A stretch of DNA of 64,000 nucleotides, from contig NC_042997.1 in the NCBI RefSeq assembly GCF_006345805.1, positions 151,590,001-151,654,000 of the forward strand, written 5' to 3'. Position numbers and translations under genes: made by a program. This DNA comes from Octopus sinensis. Its lineage: Eukaryota. The notes beneath the pieces were generated by a model, which worked only from the letters and a program-made list of their open reading frames with translations, did not search any database and was not told the DNA's origin. Of the stretch, positions 1 through 13,381 are shown piece after piece (position 1 is the stretch's first letter; each line of letters opens with the position of its first letter).

Positions 1-1230
1 AGAGATAGTAAGAGAGTGGTAGATTGTGTGATTTGAGAGAGTTTTCTCACGTTGATTCACAACGCTGTGACTTCCTTGCAGGGTCGAGTTACAATTAAGA
101 TTTCCTCAGACTTGTATATCCATTTTTATAAGTAAGAAAAACCGATTTTCAGAAGACAGATTTTATTTGTTTACATGTTTCTTTACTTTTGCTTCAATGT
201 ATTTACATTGTTAATTTCATTAAGTTTGATTGATTTCTATGATACCTCGACTAAAAGCATTTTTCTTAATTCTAGTTAGTCCTCTTCTATTGGTTAAATT
301 TCATTTATATATATATTTTTAATACCCATCGAGAACTTTATTGTCAGGTTTACATTTACAGACTGTTAAAAATATAAAACAGGTTCGGTATTACTGTCTT
401 TATTGACATATTTATAACAGAAAAAATCATTATGACAAAAAGTTCCTTAGGCGATATTTTTTATTATTCTTTCTTTTCCAACCGATTGTGTATGATAATT
501 CAAACCACCCCGGTATTAAAATGTTTCTGCAGTTTTAACTGGTTTTGTTTGAGTTAGGAAAACAAAACCTGTCATCCGTGTCAATTATATAACATTCTCA
601 AAATTTCCCCAAAGAGCATTTAATTTCCTAAGTTTTTGATACGGAAAAATAATAATTGATGTTTAGTTGTTTTGCTAAAATAATGTATACACTAACAATG
701 CGTACAAAAATATAGCCAATATTCTTCTAAGTAAAATAAGGAAATATTTAGGTTTATTCACTTAAGTTTCGACAGGGAATTAAACTTAATCAGTAACGAT
801 TTTGGTATAGTATAAATCTATATTCAGTAACTAACTGAAGAGATAGTTAGCCGAAATATCAACCGGATAGTGTTACCGTATTTCGACAGCAAATCTGCTA
901 TGTGATTTAAAGCCCAAACTTGTACAGCAAACTGATTTATGCAGTAATGGATACGGTAAAACACAATATCCTATAAAATTGAAAGGTTGAGTTCATAGCA
1001 CTGTGTGAGTGTAGTTTCTATATCACTTGTAAATACGTCTCAGTTGACCCTAAGTGTTTGATGCAAATAAATTAGGTAAATAACCATAATCGTGTGATTT
1101 ACAGCTATTATATAACATGGAATTCACATTTTGTGTACCCCTCCACACACACAAAGACACAAACACACTCACGTACTTACGTATGTACATGTCTTGACTT
1201 CGTCTGCATGGCGTTTAGAACATTTATAAT

Positions 1231-1605
1231 AATGATTTCAAATTTTGTCACTAGGGCAACGTTTTGGGGAAGGGGATGAGTCGATTACATCAACGCTAGT
1301 GTTCAACTGGTACTTAATTTATCGACCCCGAAAGGATGAAAGGCAAAGTCGACCTCGGCGGAATTTGAACTCAGAACGTAGCGGCAGACGAAATACCTAT
1401 TTCTTTACTACCAACAAGGGGCTAAACACAGAGGAAAAACAAGGACAGACAAACGGATTAAGTCGATTATATCGACCCCAGTGCGTAACTGGTACTTATT
1501 TAATCGACCTCGATAGGATGAAAGGCAAAGTCGACCTCGGTGGAATTTGGACTCAGAACGTAGCGGCAGACGAGGCGTGCTAACGTTTCTGCCAGCTCGC
1601 CGCCT
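1231..1605 (-). mobile_element. tRNA-derived SINE (family A), compound copy with two bodies and one head
   Basis: Reverse complement of the A/B-box head (GGCGGCGAGCTGGCAGAAACGTTAGC...GAGTTCAAATTCC) plus the GCCTTTCATCCTTTCGGGGTCGAT core, present twice; flanked by ACATTTATAAT at 1220-1230 and 1610-1620. Confidence 0.85.
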
Positions 1606-2094
1606 TAGGACATTTATAATGATAGTGCCGTGAGAGCCAGAAATGAAATCAGAAGTATGAGCATGAAGCAAACCGTTTTCTCACGCGTCGTTCACTAGGA
1701 ATTTTTAAACGAAACAGTATAAGGATAAGCGGTTCCTTGAAACTTTCGTTTCATATTTCAAAAAATATTCAGGCAGTATGTATTGAGAAGAAAACCAGGC
1801 TCGGTTTACGAGGTGAGTATAGGAAACAAACAACACTAAGTACTCGAAATTGGAGCTTTTCAGTTATAATGTATGAAAGAACACCCTACACTTTTATTGA
1901 GTCCTGTAATTTATAGCTTCGTGTGAGCTGTCAGAATCATTAGGATGCCTGATTAAATGCTTTGTAACCATTCGTTCGTCTTTACGTTCTTTTCTTTAAT
2001 TTCTTTCACTAGTTAATTGTGTTAATTGATCAAACTCACCATCTCAAACCGCCTTTTCCCAATGGGCCATCAAATACGGTCATCTAACATCCCC

Positions 2095-2545
2095 ATTGAT
2101 AATAATGGTTTCGCATTTAAAAAGAGGGTCAGCAATTTGTAGTTGAGACTGATTATACGATGCTATCGATACTGATTGATACTTATCTTTTATGAAGTCC
2201 GAAGGGATGAAAGTCAAATTTGATCATGATGATATTTGAACCGACAACGCAAAGAGCCAGAAGAAATGGCGCAATGCTATTTTTCTTTTCTACTCTAGGC
2301 ACAAGGACTGAAATTTGTGGGGAGGGGCTAGTCGATTAAATCTACCCTAGTACGCAACTGGTACTTAATTTATCGACCCCGAAAAGATGAAAGGCAAAGT
2401 CGTCCTCGGCAGTATTTGAACTAGGAGCGTAAAGATAGACGAAATACTGCAAGGCATTTCGCCGGGCATGCTAACGTTTCTGCCAGCTCGCCGCCTTACA
2501 ATGCTATTTTTCTCATGCTCTAATGAATTTGCCAACTGATCGCCA
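2095..2545 (-). mobile_element. Old family A SINE interrupted by a younger family A SINE (2285-2498)
   Basis: 13-bp TSD CAATGCTATTTTT at 2272-2284 and 2499-2511 around a full-length inner copy. Confidence 0.85.
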
Positions 2546-2999
2546 CGACGACGACGACTACAATGAAGATAATGATATTTGCTTTATTACACACATGGGC
2601 TAGAAGTAGTTCTGAAAAATATAAAGAATATGAGATTTACCAAACACTAGCCGAAGAAACAGTCATATAAAACAGGAAAGAATAAAGGAACATAAAGATA
2701 AACATAAATGAAATGAAGAGTGTATTTATTTGGTAAATACATATATAAAAGCATACAATAGTAAAAGAGAAACAAAACAAGAAATAATAATTCATGAAAA
2801 CCACGCAGAACAGTTTGAAACATTCTGGCTGATTAGAGCATAAATACCTTGTTTTTCTTTATCGGAGGACATATATTCTCTTTAAACGATTATATGTTCA
2901 TAACAAACGTGGTTCAACGGTTCGTTAGTGTAAAGGAACTTTGAGGTACTGCGGTGTTTCAACCTTGTTCTATGTCTCCGCAGCTGAGGTTACTCCGAG

Positions 3000-4330
3000 G
3001 AACTGATGACTCTCATAATATCAGGTGTTGTTTATAGGATTCAATTATAAAATTATTTGCCCATGCGTGTCGATGTCTTCCAAACAGGTAATCATGCATA
3101 GGTCCACCGAGAACAGCGAGAACCCAAAGAATAACATTTCTGTTCATTCCTAATAATATTTTGTCAGATTCGAACCTGAAAAAGTAGATCGCTGTTGTTT
3201 TCATCGGAGACCGCCCCTTTTTTGACCATATGAATCCATAACATAAGATTCGCTGATGTAAGGGGATTTCAGGGGATACAGCGATGTTGTGCTTTTTCTG
3301 TTGTTGTTGTTTTTTATTGCAGGTCCCACTCTTCCTGCTTACTGTCACCGCCATTTATCGACGGCGTAAAGAGTATCTCGATTTCTTGGCCAACTCTTGA
3401 GACGGAAGACAAAACGATATTGTGTGTGTGTGTATGTGTGTGTTTGTATTTTCCAGCAGAAAACCCTGGAGTGTTTTAGTTTCTACAGTATAACAGCCCT
3501 TCTGCTTGTCCTATCAATTTCATTCCTAAAGTACATAATTGAGTATATCAGAGATTTGAAAGGATATTGTGAATCTGGAAGTTCATAATGACTATTGCCG
3601 AGCACATTATTTCTCCTGATCTGCTGTCCTTACTGCTGGCCTCTATTGCTCCACGAAGGTGAAAACTAAGCAGTGTTCGATAGTTCTACCAATGATCCTT
3701 AGTATTTTCTTTATCCCGGGTTCACATTTATTGGAGTATCGGTTGATAAATGAGTCTATTGCTCATACTTCAATCTGCTCTTTTACTTTGGCTTCGCTTT
3801 TGAGATACAGTTCGATGGTCCCTTAGAATTCGCCTTGCTCTCTGACTACACTCATAAACACTGACTTCACTAATTTCCAAGAAATACTTCAACTTCTTTG
3901 AAGTTGTACTGTTCTCTGCTGCACTTTTGTTAGCTTTCACTTCGTCAGCTCCCGAATATATTTCCTCGGCCTCGAAGAAAAGGTTTGGGCACGAGTTCTG
4001 TCTATATTTAGATAACCCTCTTTGTATTAATATGGGCAAAAGGATTTACTACTCATATTTTCGCTAGCTAAGCTTTGCGTATGTGTGTGAGTGTCTTCTC
4101 AGACGGTCTTCACTTCTGGGCTCTGCTTCTATACATTTGCGATTTTGCGAGCTCTTTCCAGTTGATGATATAATCGATATTTCTGCCTGAGAGAGTTGCA
4201 GTTGTGTATTCGTTTGGCAATTTGCTTAATGAGAAATGTTAATACGATCATTATCTGATCTGGTCTTCCATCATACCTATATAACCTTTTATTTTCTACT
4301 ACTTGTTTCAGAGCGATTAAACCAGACACT
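3000..4330 (-). mobile_element. Possible heavily decayed RTE-like LINE (endonuclease/early RT)
   Basis: A-rich minus strand with stop-ridden motifs resembling the APE C-terminus (NIDYII..W) and RT (IPLTS); weak by-eye match. Confidence 0.25.
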
Positions 4331-4899
4331 AATATATCCCTGACTTGTCGTAGCTACTACTGGTGCCCTCCTCGTTTTTGTGGTTATTGTTATTAACTAA
4401 GGTATAAAAATCATCTTTGGTGTTCGGTAAGTCATTATTTTCCTTTTTCAAAATGTATATGTCCTCTGAGGAATTATTTGTGTGCATGCTATTTTTCCAT
4501 GTTTAACACTTGTTAAAGCATTTTAATTTTCTATCAGGTTCCTGTGCATTTTGTCGGTGTTACTCTTGTTGATGTTAACTTGTTAGGATAGAATATAAAT
4601 TCAATATGTTAGAAAATATAAAACAAAGTATATAAAGACTAACTGTTTTGTCTACCGAAATTATTGGGGCACATGTCCATAGTAAAGTATTTTTAATTGG
4701 CAATTACGCCAAAGAAAAGCAAAATCCATTTGGTTATACTTGAAATAAACGCCTAATGCAAGCCAGTCAAACACGTCTACACGCTATGTCTGTCAATAGA
4801 ATCGTCATCATTATCATCACCACCACCACCACTGCCACTAGCATCATCACCATCACCATCGTCATCATGTTCAATAGAAACAGCAATAATAAAATTAAT

Positions 4900-5112
4900 G
4901 GTTTCAAATTTTAGCACAAGAACAGCAATTTTGGTGGAGGATAGTATCCAGTTACATCGACCCCATACTCAACAGGTATTTATTCCATCGACTCCGAAAC
5001 GATGAAATGCGAAATTGATCTTGACAGCATTTGAATTCAGAACATAAAGACAGACGAAATATCATAAAGCATTTTGTCCGGCATGCTAATGATTTTCCCA
5101 GCTCGTTGCCTT
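4900..5112 (-). mobile_element. Degenerate family A SINE
   Basis: Diverged core (ATCGACTCCGAAACGATGAAATGCGAAATTGA) and head (GGCATGCTAATGATTTTCCCAGCTCGTTGCCTT). Confidence 0.75.
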
Positions 5113-5559
5113 AATGTTTGGAACTCGGAGTATGAAGGGATATCAATAATCGTCACTATGCATTGGTTCCTACTCGTCTGTTTCTCTCATCTGTTTCTTT
5201 TTATGCTTTTGACAGTGGTATCTCTATACATATGGAATTTTGTATTTTGACAGAATTAAGTTTATTGTACATGAAGAGAACAGCGCTGATTATGCCACGC
5301 GAACTATTGAACTTTTGTCTAATACACCAAATCATTCTCTATCATGTTGCAACCTCCAATTATAAATTAAAATTGGCATTTGGCATCATAACTTTGAGAG
5401 CTTGCCCCCACAGACTAGTAGTCTATACGACAGACATTAAATTAATTCGTCTGTTTTCTCCAAATAACATTGTTCGTAGTTGAATAGAGTTTAGTTTAAG
5501 TATAGAAACATATCACAGGTATATCGAATCTTGAATTGGTAAAATTCCTTTCGTAAATA

Positions 5560-5630
5560 GTAATAAACCATCAGAGGTGGTTTTTCGATAGATGTTGTAT
5601 CAATCACCACCGTCCCCGTGAAAGTGTACA
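5560..5630 (+). mobile_element. Possible ancient Penelope-like RT motif remnant
   Basis: Reads KPSEVVFSIDVVSITTVPV, resembling the SFDVVSLFTNVP motif; isolated. Confidence 0.25.
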
Positions 5631-7165
5631 TCTCCTAAGCATTTATTACAAGCAACAACTACTGTGTTTGTGGTGATTCCAACTCTACTCTAATTCTAAT
5701 AATAATATTTTATCTGCATATGATTATTCGTAAATGGCTTGAGCAGGATAGACAGTTCTGCAATAATGCGACGTGTTTTGCCACGGTTCAATGCTAACGA
5801 CGAGAAATAATGCCATGAATCAAATTATGAATTAACTGCAAATATTTTAATGTAAATGATATTAGACATTATAATTACAAATTTAAGATAGAAAAGAAAT
5901 TCATAATTTCTCATTCATGGAGATACGTCTGGTCGCAAACATTTAACTCAGTGAGTTAAAATAGCACGCTATGCTGAGCATATGTACAATTGTCTATCCT
6001 ATAGGGACTGATGTAGAGATAAAACAGCACAGATAAAATATCAGAAACTATTTATAGTATTTAATTTGGACAGACGGAATGATAGGTTTCCTGTTGTGTA
6101 ATTGGAAAAGCGGTGAGCCACTGTGCAATAGATACATGATTCGATTCTCCTCAATGGACATGTTTCTCATTATGTCACAAATTGGTGCATACAATGTATA
6201 ATATATAATATAATTTACAGTAAAATCTTAGCAGTTAATTCATAATCCGGTTCTGTATTTAAAACACAGTTACCAATAACGACATTGTACAATCATTATA
6301 GCCATCAATTATTCTGCAATTGATTATTTTCGTTAACTTTCTCGTTAATTTTCTTATGTTACATATTTACAGTTAGGTGCACTGGGCTATTTGAAAGTTA
6401 AGTGTCTATGCTAGGGTCAAAAGGCTATAACAATGACGAAATAAGAACCGGGTGACTACACAGCAGACAAGCTAACGGCTTATGCACTCGAGCAGATATC
6501 AGTTTAAATTAATATCTAAGTTCAGATTAATGCATTATTTCCGTGTAATGTCGATGCTGGTGTTCGGATTTATATATTTCTTCTCTATTCATGTATATCT
6601 CTAGTATTCTGTTAGATTTTCCCGATATCACTTTATATTTATGATTTTGTTTTTGATTTTGAATATTTTGAAACATTTTATTGGCTTCGTTTGTTCGATC
6701 GAATAATTTGCTATTATAGTAATCACATGTTTGTAATTATGGAATGACAATTATAATTACCATGAATGTATGTTAATATTTTACAAGGCTGCAGGCATAT
6801 GTGTTTAGCTTCACATCTACGCCGAGTTGTGTTCGATTCCACTAAGAGACACTTTGGATAAATTTGTTCTACCATTGCGCTGAGTTAACCAGCATCTAGT
6901 GGAAACAGTTTCGTTATGGAACAGTGTACAGCCCCTTCGCTGTGTATGCACAGTAGGTTGAAGTATATCAGCTGGCAAAAATGCGTTGTACCTCTAACTC
7001 AAAGGGTCAGCTTTGTTTCATTCTGTGTCACGATGACTCTCCTTGAGAACTACGTTAGAGGTACGTGCTCAACCACTTTCACGTTAATTTCCCTAGCAGG
7101 CCAGTTGATCGGATCAACTGGAACACTCGTACCCGTAACCAAGGGAGTCCCAGTTGTTTCTATAG

Positions 7166-7560
7166 TATCGCTACTGTATATACCTCACTTTGATATTTAT
7201 CATTGTTTGATTTCACTTTTTCAATATCAGCGACAGTGGACGCTGGAAAAAGTATAAGTATTTGTGAAGGAAATCTAATTCTCGCCTACAACTATGATTG
7301 TCACACGCTGACGAGAGGTCAATACCTCGAAGCTCGAGTCCGTGTGTATCATAAGTTGAAGACGGGAAGGATGACTTCCCTTTGCAAATACTGATAGAGC
7401 ACAGAAAGTGTGTCTATGGCCAGCTGGAGGAGTGTGTCCTCCTGGGGCTAAAAACTACAGTAGCATCCACCCTTAGGGGTTAGCCATATTGAAATGGCAA
7501 ATATACGTCACGATATGTTACCGCTACTGTATATAACTCACTTTGATATTTATCATTGTT
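7166..7560 (+). mobile_element. Retrozyme-like family 1 (353-nt unit), ~1.1 units, ending in (TA)n
   Basis: CTACTGTATA recurs at 7171 and 7524 (period 353); close match to 29862-30920; contains a hammerhead. Confidence 0.85.
7302..7346 (+). ncRNA. Type I hammerhead ribozyme, family 1, A15.1G variant
   Basis: CACACG-CTGACGA-GAGGT(CAAT)ACCTC-GAAG-C(TCGA)G-TC-CGTGTG. Confidence 0.8.
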
Positions 7561-7920
7561 ATATATATATATATTATATATATATATATATATATACATA
7601 TATATTAAACAGATACATACAACGTTTGTTCATGTGTTATTATTCGTATGTGTGTCTGTGTGTCTGTGTGTGCACGTCTATGTGCAACAAATATCGGTAA
7701 GGAAACTGCAGCTTTCGAAGAAAGCTAATTATAATATTCATTCCATCCTATTTACAAATGCCCACCTTCGTCACAACTGATGTCAGAAATGCTTTCAGTC
7801 GGTTATCGTCTCGTTTTCAAATATTTAACAAACAATGCAATTAACCACATAATGAATTATTAAGTAAAATATATAAATAAATTGAATATACTTATATTCT
7901 GCCTTTTTAATTACATTTTA

Positions 7921-8494
7921 TTGGGTTGTCCGGAAAGTTCGTGCCGATTTATAGTAGCTTACCTTTCGACTTATTTTAGAACATGGTTGAGTCCATAAAA
8001 TAAGATTTAATTACACCTCCATTTAGAGCACAGTTTAAGCTATAGAAGAAGGTTTATGTAGAAGAAGGTTTATGTTACTATAACCTATGTTAATTCTGTA
8101 ACCCTTTAAACTGGAAGATAAGAAAGTTCATGTTCGGCACTTGATGCTTTGAAAACCAGACAAAAATTGCTGCAGCTCAGCTGGGATGTGTTACCCAACC
8201 CTTCATATTCACCAGATATTGCTTCTTCGGATTTCCTCTTATTCAGGTCTCTGCAGAATAATCTTAATGGTAAAAATTTCAATTCCTTAGATGAAGTAAA
8301 AAAATACCTTGATGGATTCTTTGCCATGAAACTACATCAATTCTGGGAAGAGGGTATTTTCAAGTTAAAGGAAAGATGGAGACACATTGTGCAACAAAAT
8401 GGTTCATATTTGGTTGATTAAAAATGTAATGGCAACTATTTATTGACCATTTTCTTTCCTTTAAAAATCGGCACGAACTTTCCAGACAACCCAA
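7921..8494 (+). mobile_element. Mariner internal-deletion derivative with C-terminal transposase fragment
   Basis: ~30-bp TIRs TTGGGTTGTCCGGAAAGTTCGTGCCGATTT, TA on both sides; ORF 8149-8421 with YSPDIASSDFLLF and GIFKLKERW mariner motifs. Confidence 0.93.
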
Positions 8495-9239
8495 TACATA
8501 ATTAACTGATTCCTGTCGTGTGTCTGATAGTTACAGATTAACAGCAAGATTGCACTGTGAGTGTTATTATCAGAACATACTAAATCTCGTTGTTAATCTT
8601 GAATGTAATGAATACTATATATATTTTTGACGGAATACATGCTTGAAAAATTTATCTTTAATGGCTTTTCTCCGCGTAGGAGTTCAGCGCCATTCGAGAT
8701 TCTAAATATCCTGTTGCTAATAACGTTTGATGTTTAAGTAATGATGTCCTACATATTTACAACTATTTACTGATCTTAACTGAAGAAGTCGAAAATGTGA
8801 GCAATACAGGAATATTCACTGAAGTCTTTTTCGAATCATCAAGCAAAGTACACTTTTCGTTCCTTTGAAACATATTCTGTCAGAACTACATCCACTTCCA
8901 ATAGATTTATTTATTACAATTTTATAGATATAAATAGTCTATATTGAAGAAGTTAACCTCGAAAACAAGATATTCATGTGCCTTTGACTGAGTAACGCGT
9001 TCGATTGTGTAGTACGATGATTCCAGAGGATCCAGTCTTGTAAATAACATTGCGGAACTCAGTTTGATTGGAGCTGTTTGAGAGCTGTAGATTTAATCCG
9101 TTTCTCTTGGATACTTTTAGTGGTATATTCAGTAGTACTCTCCCGAGAGCTTAACATCCCGATTCATTTAAATCAATCTCACTAGTTCCGCGGATGTGAT
9201 ATATGGATCATAAAATAGGGAGTGATTAGTGTCAAAACT

Positions 9240-9690
9240 TCATATTTTAATTACGAAACAAGTCCAATATGATTCGGTATTAAGCAATATATAAGTAATT
9301 TGGGTTGGAGTATAATTGATTAAATGAATCAGTATTGAATGACACTTTCATTTATCGATCCAAAAAGAATGAAAATTGAAGTTGATCTCAGCTAAGTATG
9401 AGGTAAAAACAGAAAGAGTTGAAACTAAACATGGCAAGGCATAGCCACTGCCATTTGAATTGTAAATAATTATCTCTAATAGAAGCACAAGACTTGCAAA
9501 TTTGAAGAAGTAGTAATAACCAATACCCTCAACTACAGTACTTGACTAGCACAGTAGCTTACCTACTCTGGAAGAATGAAATATAAAGTTGATTTCTTTG
9601 GGTTCTGAACGCCGAAAATAAACACTAGTAAGAAATATTAGATGGCATTTTGTCTGATGAGCTAAGGATTCTACGATCTTAGTGCCCTTG
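9240..9690 (-). mobile_element. Two adjacent degenerate family A SINEs
   Basis: Two diverged copies of the core (TTTATCGATCCAAAAAGAATGAAAATTGAAGTTGA; CTCTGGAAGAATGAAATATAAAGTTGA). Confidence 0.55.
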
Positions 9691-11181
9691 CGTTGTCAAT
9701 CATAGAAGTGTACTATTCGAGCTTCTTAAAGTTTGTCAATGGGACCTAGCATCTACAAGTTGATGGGAATAATAAATTTGAGATAATAGTAGTGCTGTAA
9801 TTGTATAAATGTTTTCATTGAATTATAAATGCTATTTTGATATTTTCTTGCGAGGTACGAAAGTTCAGGTAACTTGAGTCAATATACATAATTAATATGA
9901 AGAAATTTCGACATCGTCAATCTCTTCTAGAAACATCAGTGATAACGCAGAAGTCTGTGATTTTAATTGATTCAATGTATTACACAAATGCACACATACC
10001 TATCAAAACAGCTTAAAAACACAGAAATCCAAGTGAAATTCGATTGATATAGATATGAACACAAACACTCGTCATTATTGCAGATCCAAAACACTATGTA
10101 ACATTTTCTAAGAAACGGGCTATTATAGTCATCCAAACAAAACCTTTGAAAAGATTGAAGATATATACATACACGCTGAAATAAATTATTCATATAACAT
10201 CTATGTATGTTTTTAATTCTTTTTATCAAAATAGAAATAATGCAGCTGATACCTTTCATTATCCTGGTATTAAAAACAAAAATTGTTTTTTCCAAGATGA
10301 AGACTAATTATATTTAAATGAAAGCCTGAAGCGGGAAATTGCTTATATTATAGGCAAGAATGTGACAGAAACAGATTCAAAGACACTTCCATTCGAGGAA
10401 GAGTTAGTGATAATAAGAAACTGGAGAATATTAATAGAACAATCCAATTAAATCTTTCATAGTATGCAAATAAAATAGTCCATGGTACGCGTCTGAATAT
10501 AAATCGCATTATGAACGTTTTGCAAATAAGATCATCACGAATTATATATTTGATTTAGAAAACCTTCAAGTAGCAAACTGGAAATAGACAAGTTACTTCA
10601 TTCAAAACTAAAACTCAAGTGCATTTATAATGTGTGCACATACTTATGCTAACAATGGTTTAATAAGTAACTTTCACTAGTCATGTTTCTTGCAATATAT
10701 GCAAATGTTTGATTTTAATTCAAGTTATAAATGAAATCTTTAGAAGAAATAAAGATCTTTCTGAAATTCTCTATTAAATAGTTACAGTCAAATGTAGTAG
10801 AGATACCGATAACTGACTATTTCTTCTTTACAAATAGCACTGTAGCGCTCACAATAAAACGACAACAGCAAACAGCAGTACCCAAGTATTTACTTGAAAA
10901 CAAATGGCACATAATTATCAATTCTATATAATTTTAGTCGCAGATTTCACTTTACTGTTTTGTCTTCGTACAGAGTATAAATGGTTCGTGTTTCGATCAT
11001 TGTAATTTATATTAAAAGCTAGATTAATGAACAAAGGCAATTATATTGTATGTTATTGAGTATTTGTATTTAACTAAACTAGTGATATGCACATTTAATC
11101 ACAAAACATTATTTACAAATACCTTGAATGACACCACTGTTAATAACAACGAAACCTTCCCTCGTCCTCTTCCTCTTCCTT

Positions 11182-11229
<48 letters not shown>

Positions 11230-11599
11230 TTACTACTACCACTGCTGCTGCCACTGCTTCTGCCACTACTTCTGTTTCTACAACTATAATAATATCTATT
11301 ATTAGGATGTCGTTTTTATCATCGGACAAACAATGGAAGGCGCTGTAAAGAGGTGTGACTGAAAGTGAAGATTTCAGTCGTATTATAGAAAACAATGAAG
11401 CAAAGTGAAATAATAGAAATGGTATAAAAATGTATGACTTGAACGCGTCTGTTAGAAAAGAATGCAAAATGAAAATCAAGCAATTTTTCTTTCTTTTCAA
11501 CGATCCTTTGGTATGGATATGCGTTGCACGTCAGATAAGCATCTTACCACTCACTTTGATATTCCTTACACGATTTGCCAAATCTCTTTGTCGTCAAAA

Positions 11600-11762
11600 A
11601 TATATTTCCTTACTACCCACAAGGGGCTAAACATAGAGGAGACAAACAAGGACAGACAAACGGATTAAGTCGATTACATCGACCCAGTGCGAAACTGGTA
11701 CTTTATTTATCGACCCCCGAGAGGATGAAAGGCAAAGTCGACCTCAGCGGAATTTGAACTCG
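11600..11762 (-). mobile_element. Head-truncated family A SINE
   Basis: Near-consensus tail and core ending at the B box (GGAATTTGAACTC). Confidence 0.9.
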
Positions 11763-13146
11763 AGGTCGCCTTTGACACGTCTTTGTTGCCTATGTCTTAT
11801 TAGACCCTCGTCTTATTTTAAATATCTTTCTGATATCTTAATTCACATTATATCTGAAGTGTGTGATATCTGTGAAATGGAGCATTGTATTGATAACAGG
11901 AGGATACATCAAGTTGAAATATCCAGTAACCAGAGGGAATATCAAGCGTCGTAAAGAGCGTACACCAGCTTCCTTTGGCAAAAAAATAAAGTAAAATGTG
12001 CAATGGAAACCAGGAATGTCGTTTTCCAGAATTACTTTGCAAGACCCGAAATACTTTATCTAGTGATAAGCTTTTCTCCGATTTTGTGTTGAAGTCAAAA
12101 ACCAATTGTAGATCATTATATTACCATTTCTTGGATAGAATGCAAAACTTTGTATGCAAATCTCACATGGAAAACTTAATGTTTGTTTCATATCTGCTGA
12201 TATACTTTGTAGTAGACATACTTGGAAGTGATGACAAATTTTGGGTAAATAATTGGATGTTATTAACTTAAATACTTGACTTAGAGACCGAACTTTTCAT
12301 CATCAATTCTAAGTAGAAAATCTTTTCCGCTGTATTAGATGATTTCTACTTTGTAACCTGCCTTTCGATATATATGATGAAACGAACTGCTTGTGAGCCC
12401 TACACTTTCACAACATGAACTTGCGTTTGTTTACGAGGTGCAAGAATAATGAGGATGTTTTATCAACATGCTTTAGAAAAAATTTTTATAATATTCTTGT
12501 TTGACGTGGAGCTACAGACAATATGTATGTTTATCATTAATAATGTTCTAATTACTATTTAGAAATAAAAATTTAAACATAATTTGGTTTTATATCATAA
12601 TAATGGGGTATATGTTTATCCAAATGAGAAATTTAATACGTTTCCACAATGAAAACACAAAAATTAATTCGTTTTGAAAATGAGATTAAAGAAAACTAGC
12701 AAGATCCATCCCCTAAAAATTCCCCAGGTTACATTGAACCACAAAACCCAACAAACTACCAGAATCGTTAGAACGTCGGAAGAAATACATTCCGGTATTT
12801 GATTCAGTTCTTTTCGATCTGAGTTCAAACTTGCTTTCATTCCAGTCTGGCGAATAAAATAGGGTATTGACTTACCCAGTCCCTACAAATTTGCGGGCTG
12901 TGCACCTCGAAAAAGAAACTCAAGAACAGCACGAAATTGCTGTTTCAAGAGTGTCAGGTGGTATGTTGTTATCAAGTTTCTCTTTTTCTCACAAATGCAA
13001 AATTTATGAAGTAATATCTGTTTCTAACGTAGGGATAAGGACTGAAATTTGGGGAGATAAAGGGGTTAGCCAATTAAATAGTCTCCACTATTTGACTAGT
13101 ATATTATTTAATCGAATATATTATATCGGTATATTATTTAATCGCT

Positions 13147-13381
13147 AAGGGCGGCGAGCTGGCAGAAACGTTAGCACGCCGGGCGAAATGTTCAGCAATA
13201 TTTCGTCTGTCGCTACGTTCTGAGTTCAAATTCCGCCGAGGTTGACTTTGCCTTTCATCCTTTCAGGGTCGATTAAGTAAGTACCAGTTACGCACTGGGG
13301 GTCGATATAATCGACTTAATCCGTCTGTCTGTCCTTGTTTGTCACCTCTGTGTTTAGCCCCTTGTGGGTAGTAAAGAAATA
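13147..13381 (+). mobile_element. Full-length family A SINE nested in an older minus-strand SINE (~13020-13460)
   Basis: Complete head, core and tail; TTATTTAATCG at 13134-13144 and 13386-13396. Confidence 0.9.

Noticed and set aside
765-870. Hammerhead-like words (minus CTGATTA..GAAACTTAAGT; plus CTGAAGA..GCCGAAATATC)
   Set aside because: Stems I and II do not pair, and one site is NUG; at most a decayed relic.
12120-12200. Minus-strand FPCEIC resembling a C2H2 finger
   Set aside because: No histidine pair and no further fingers.
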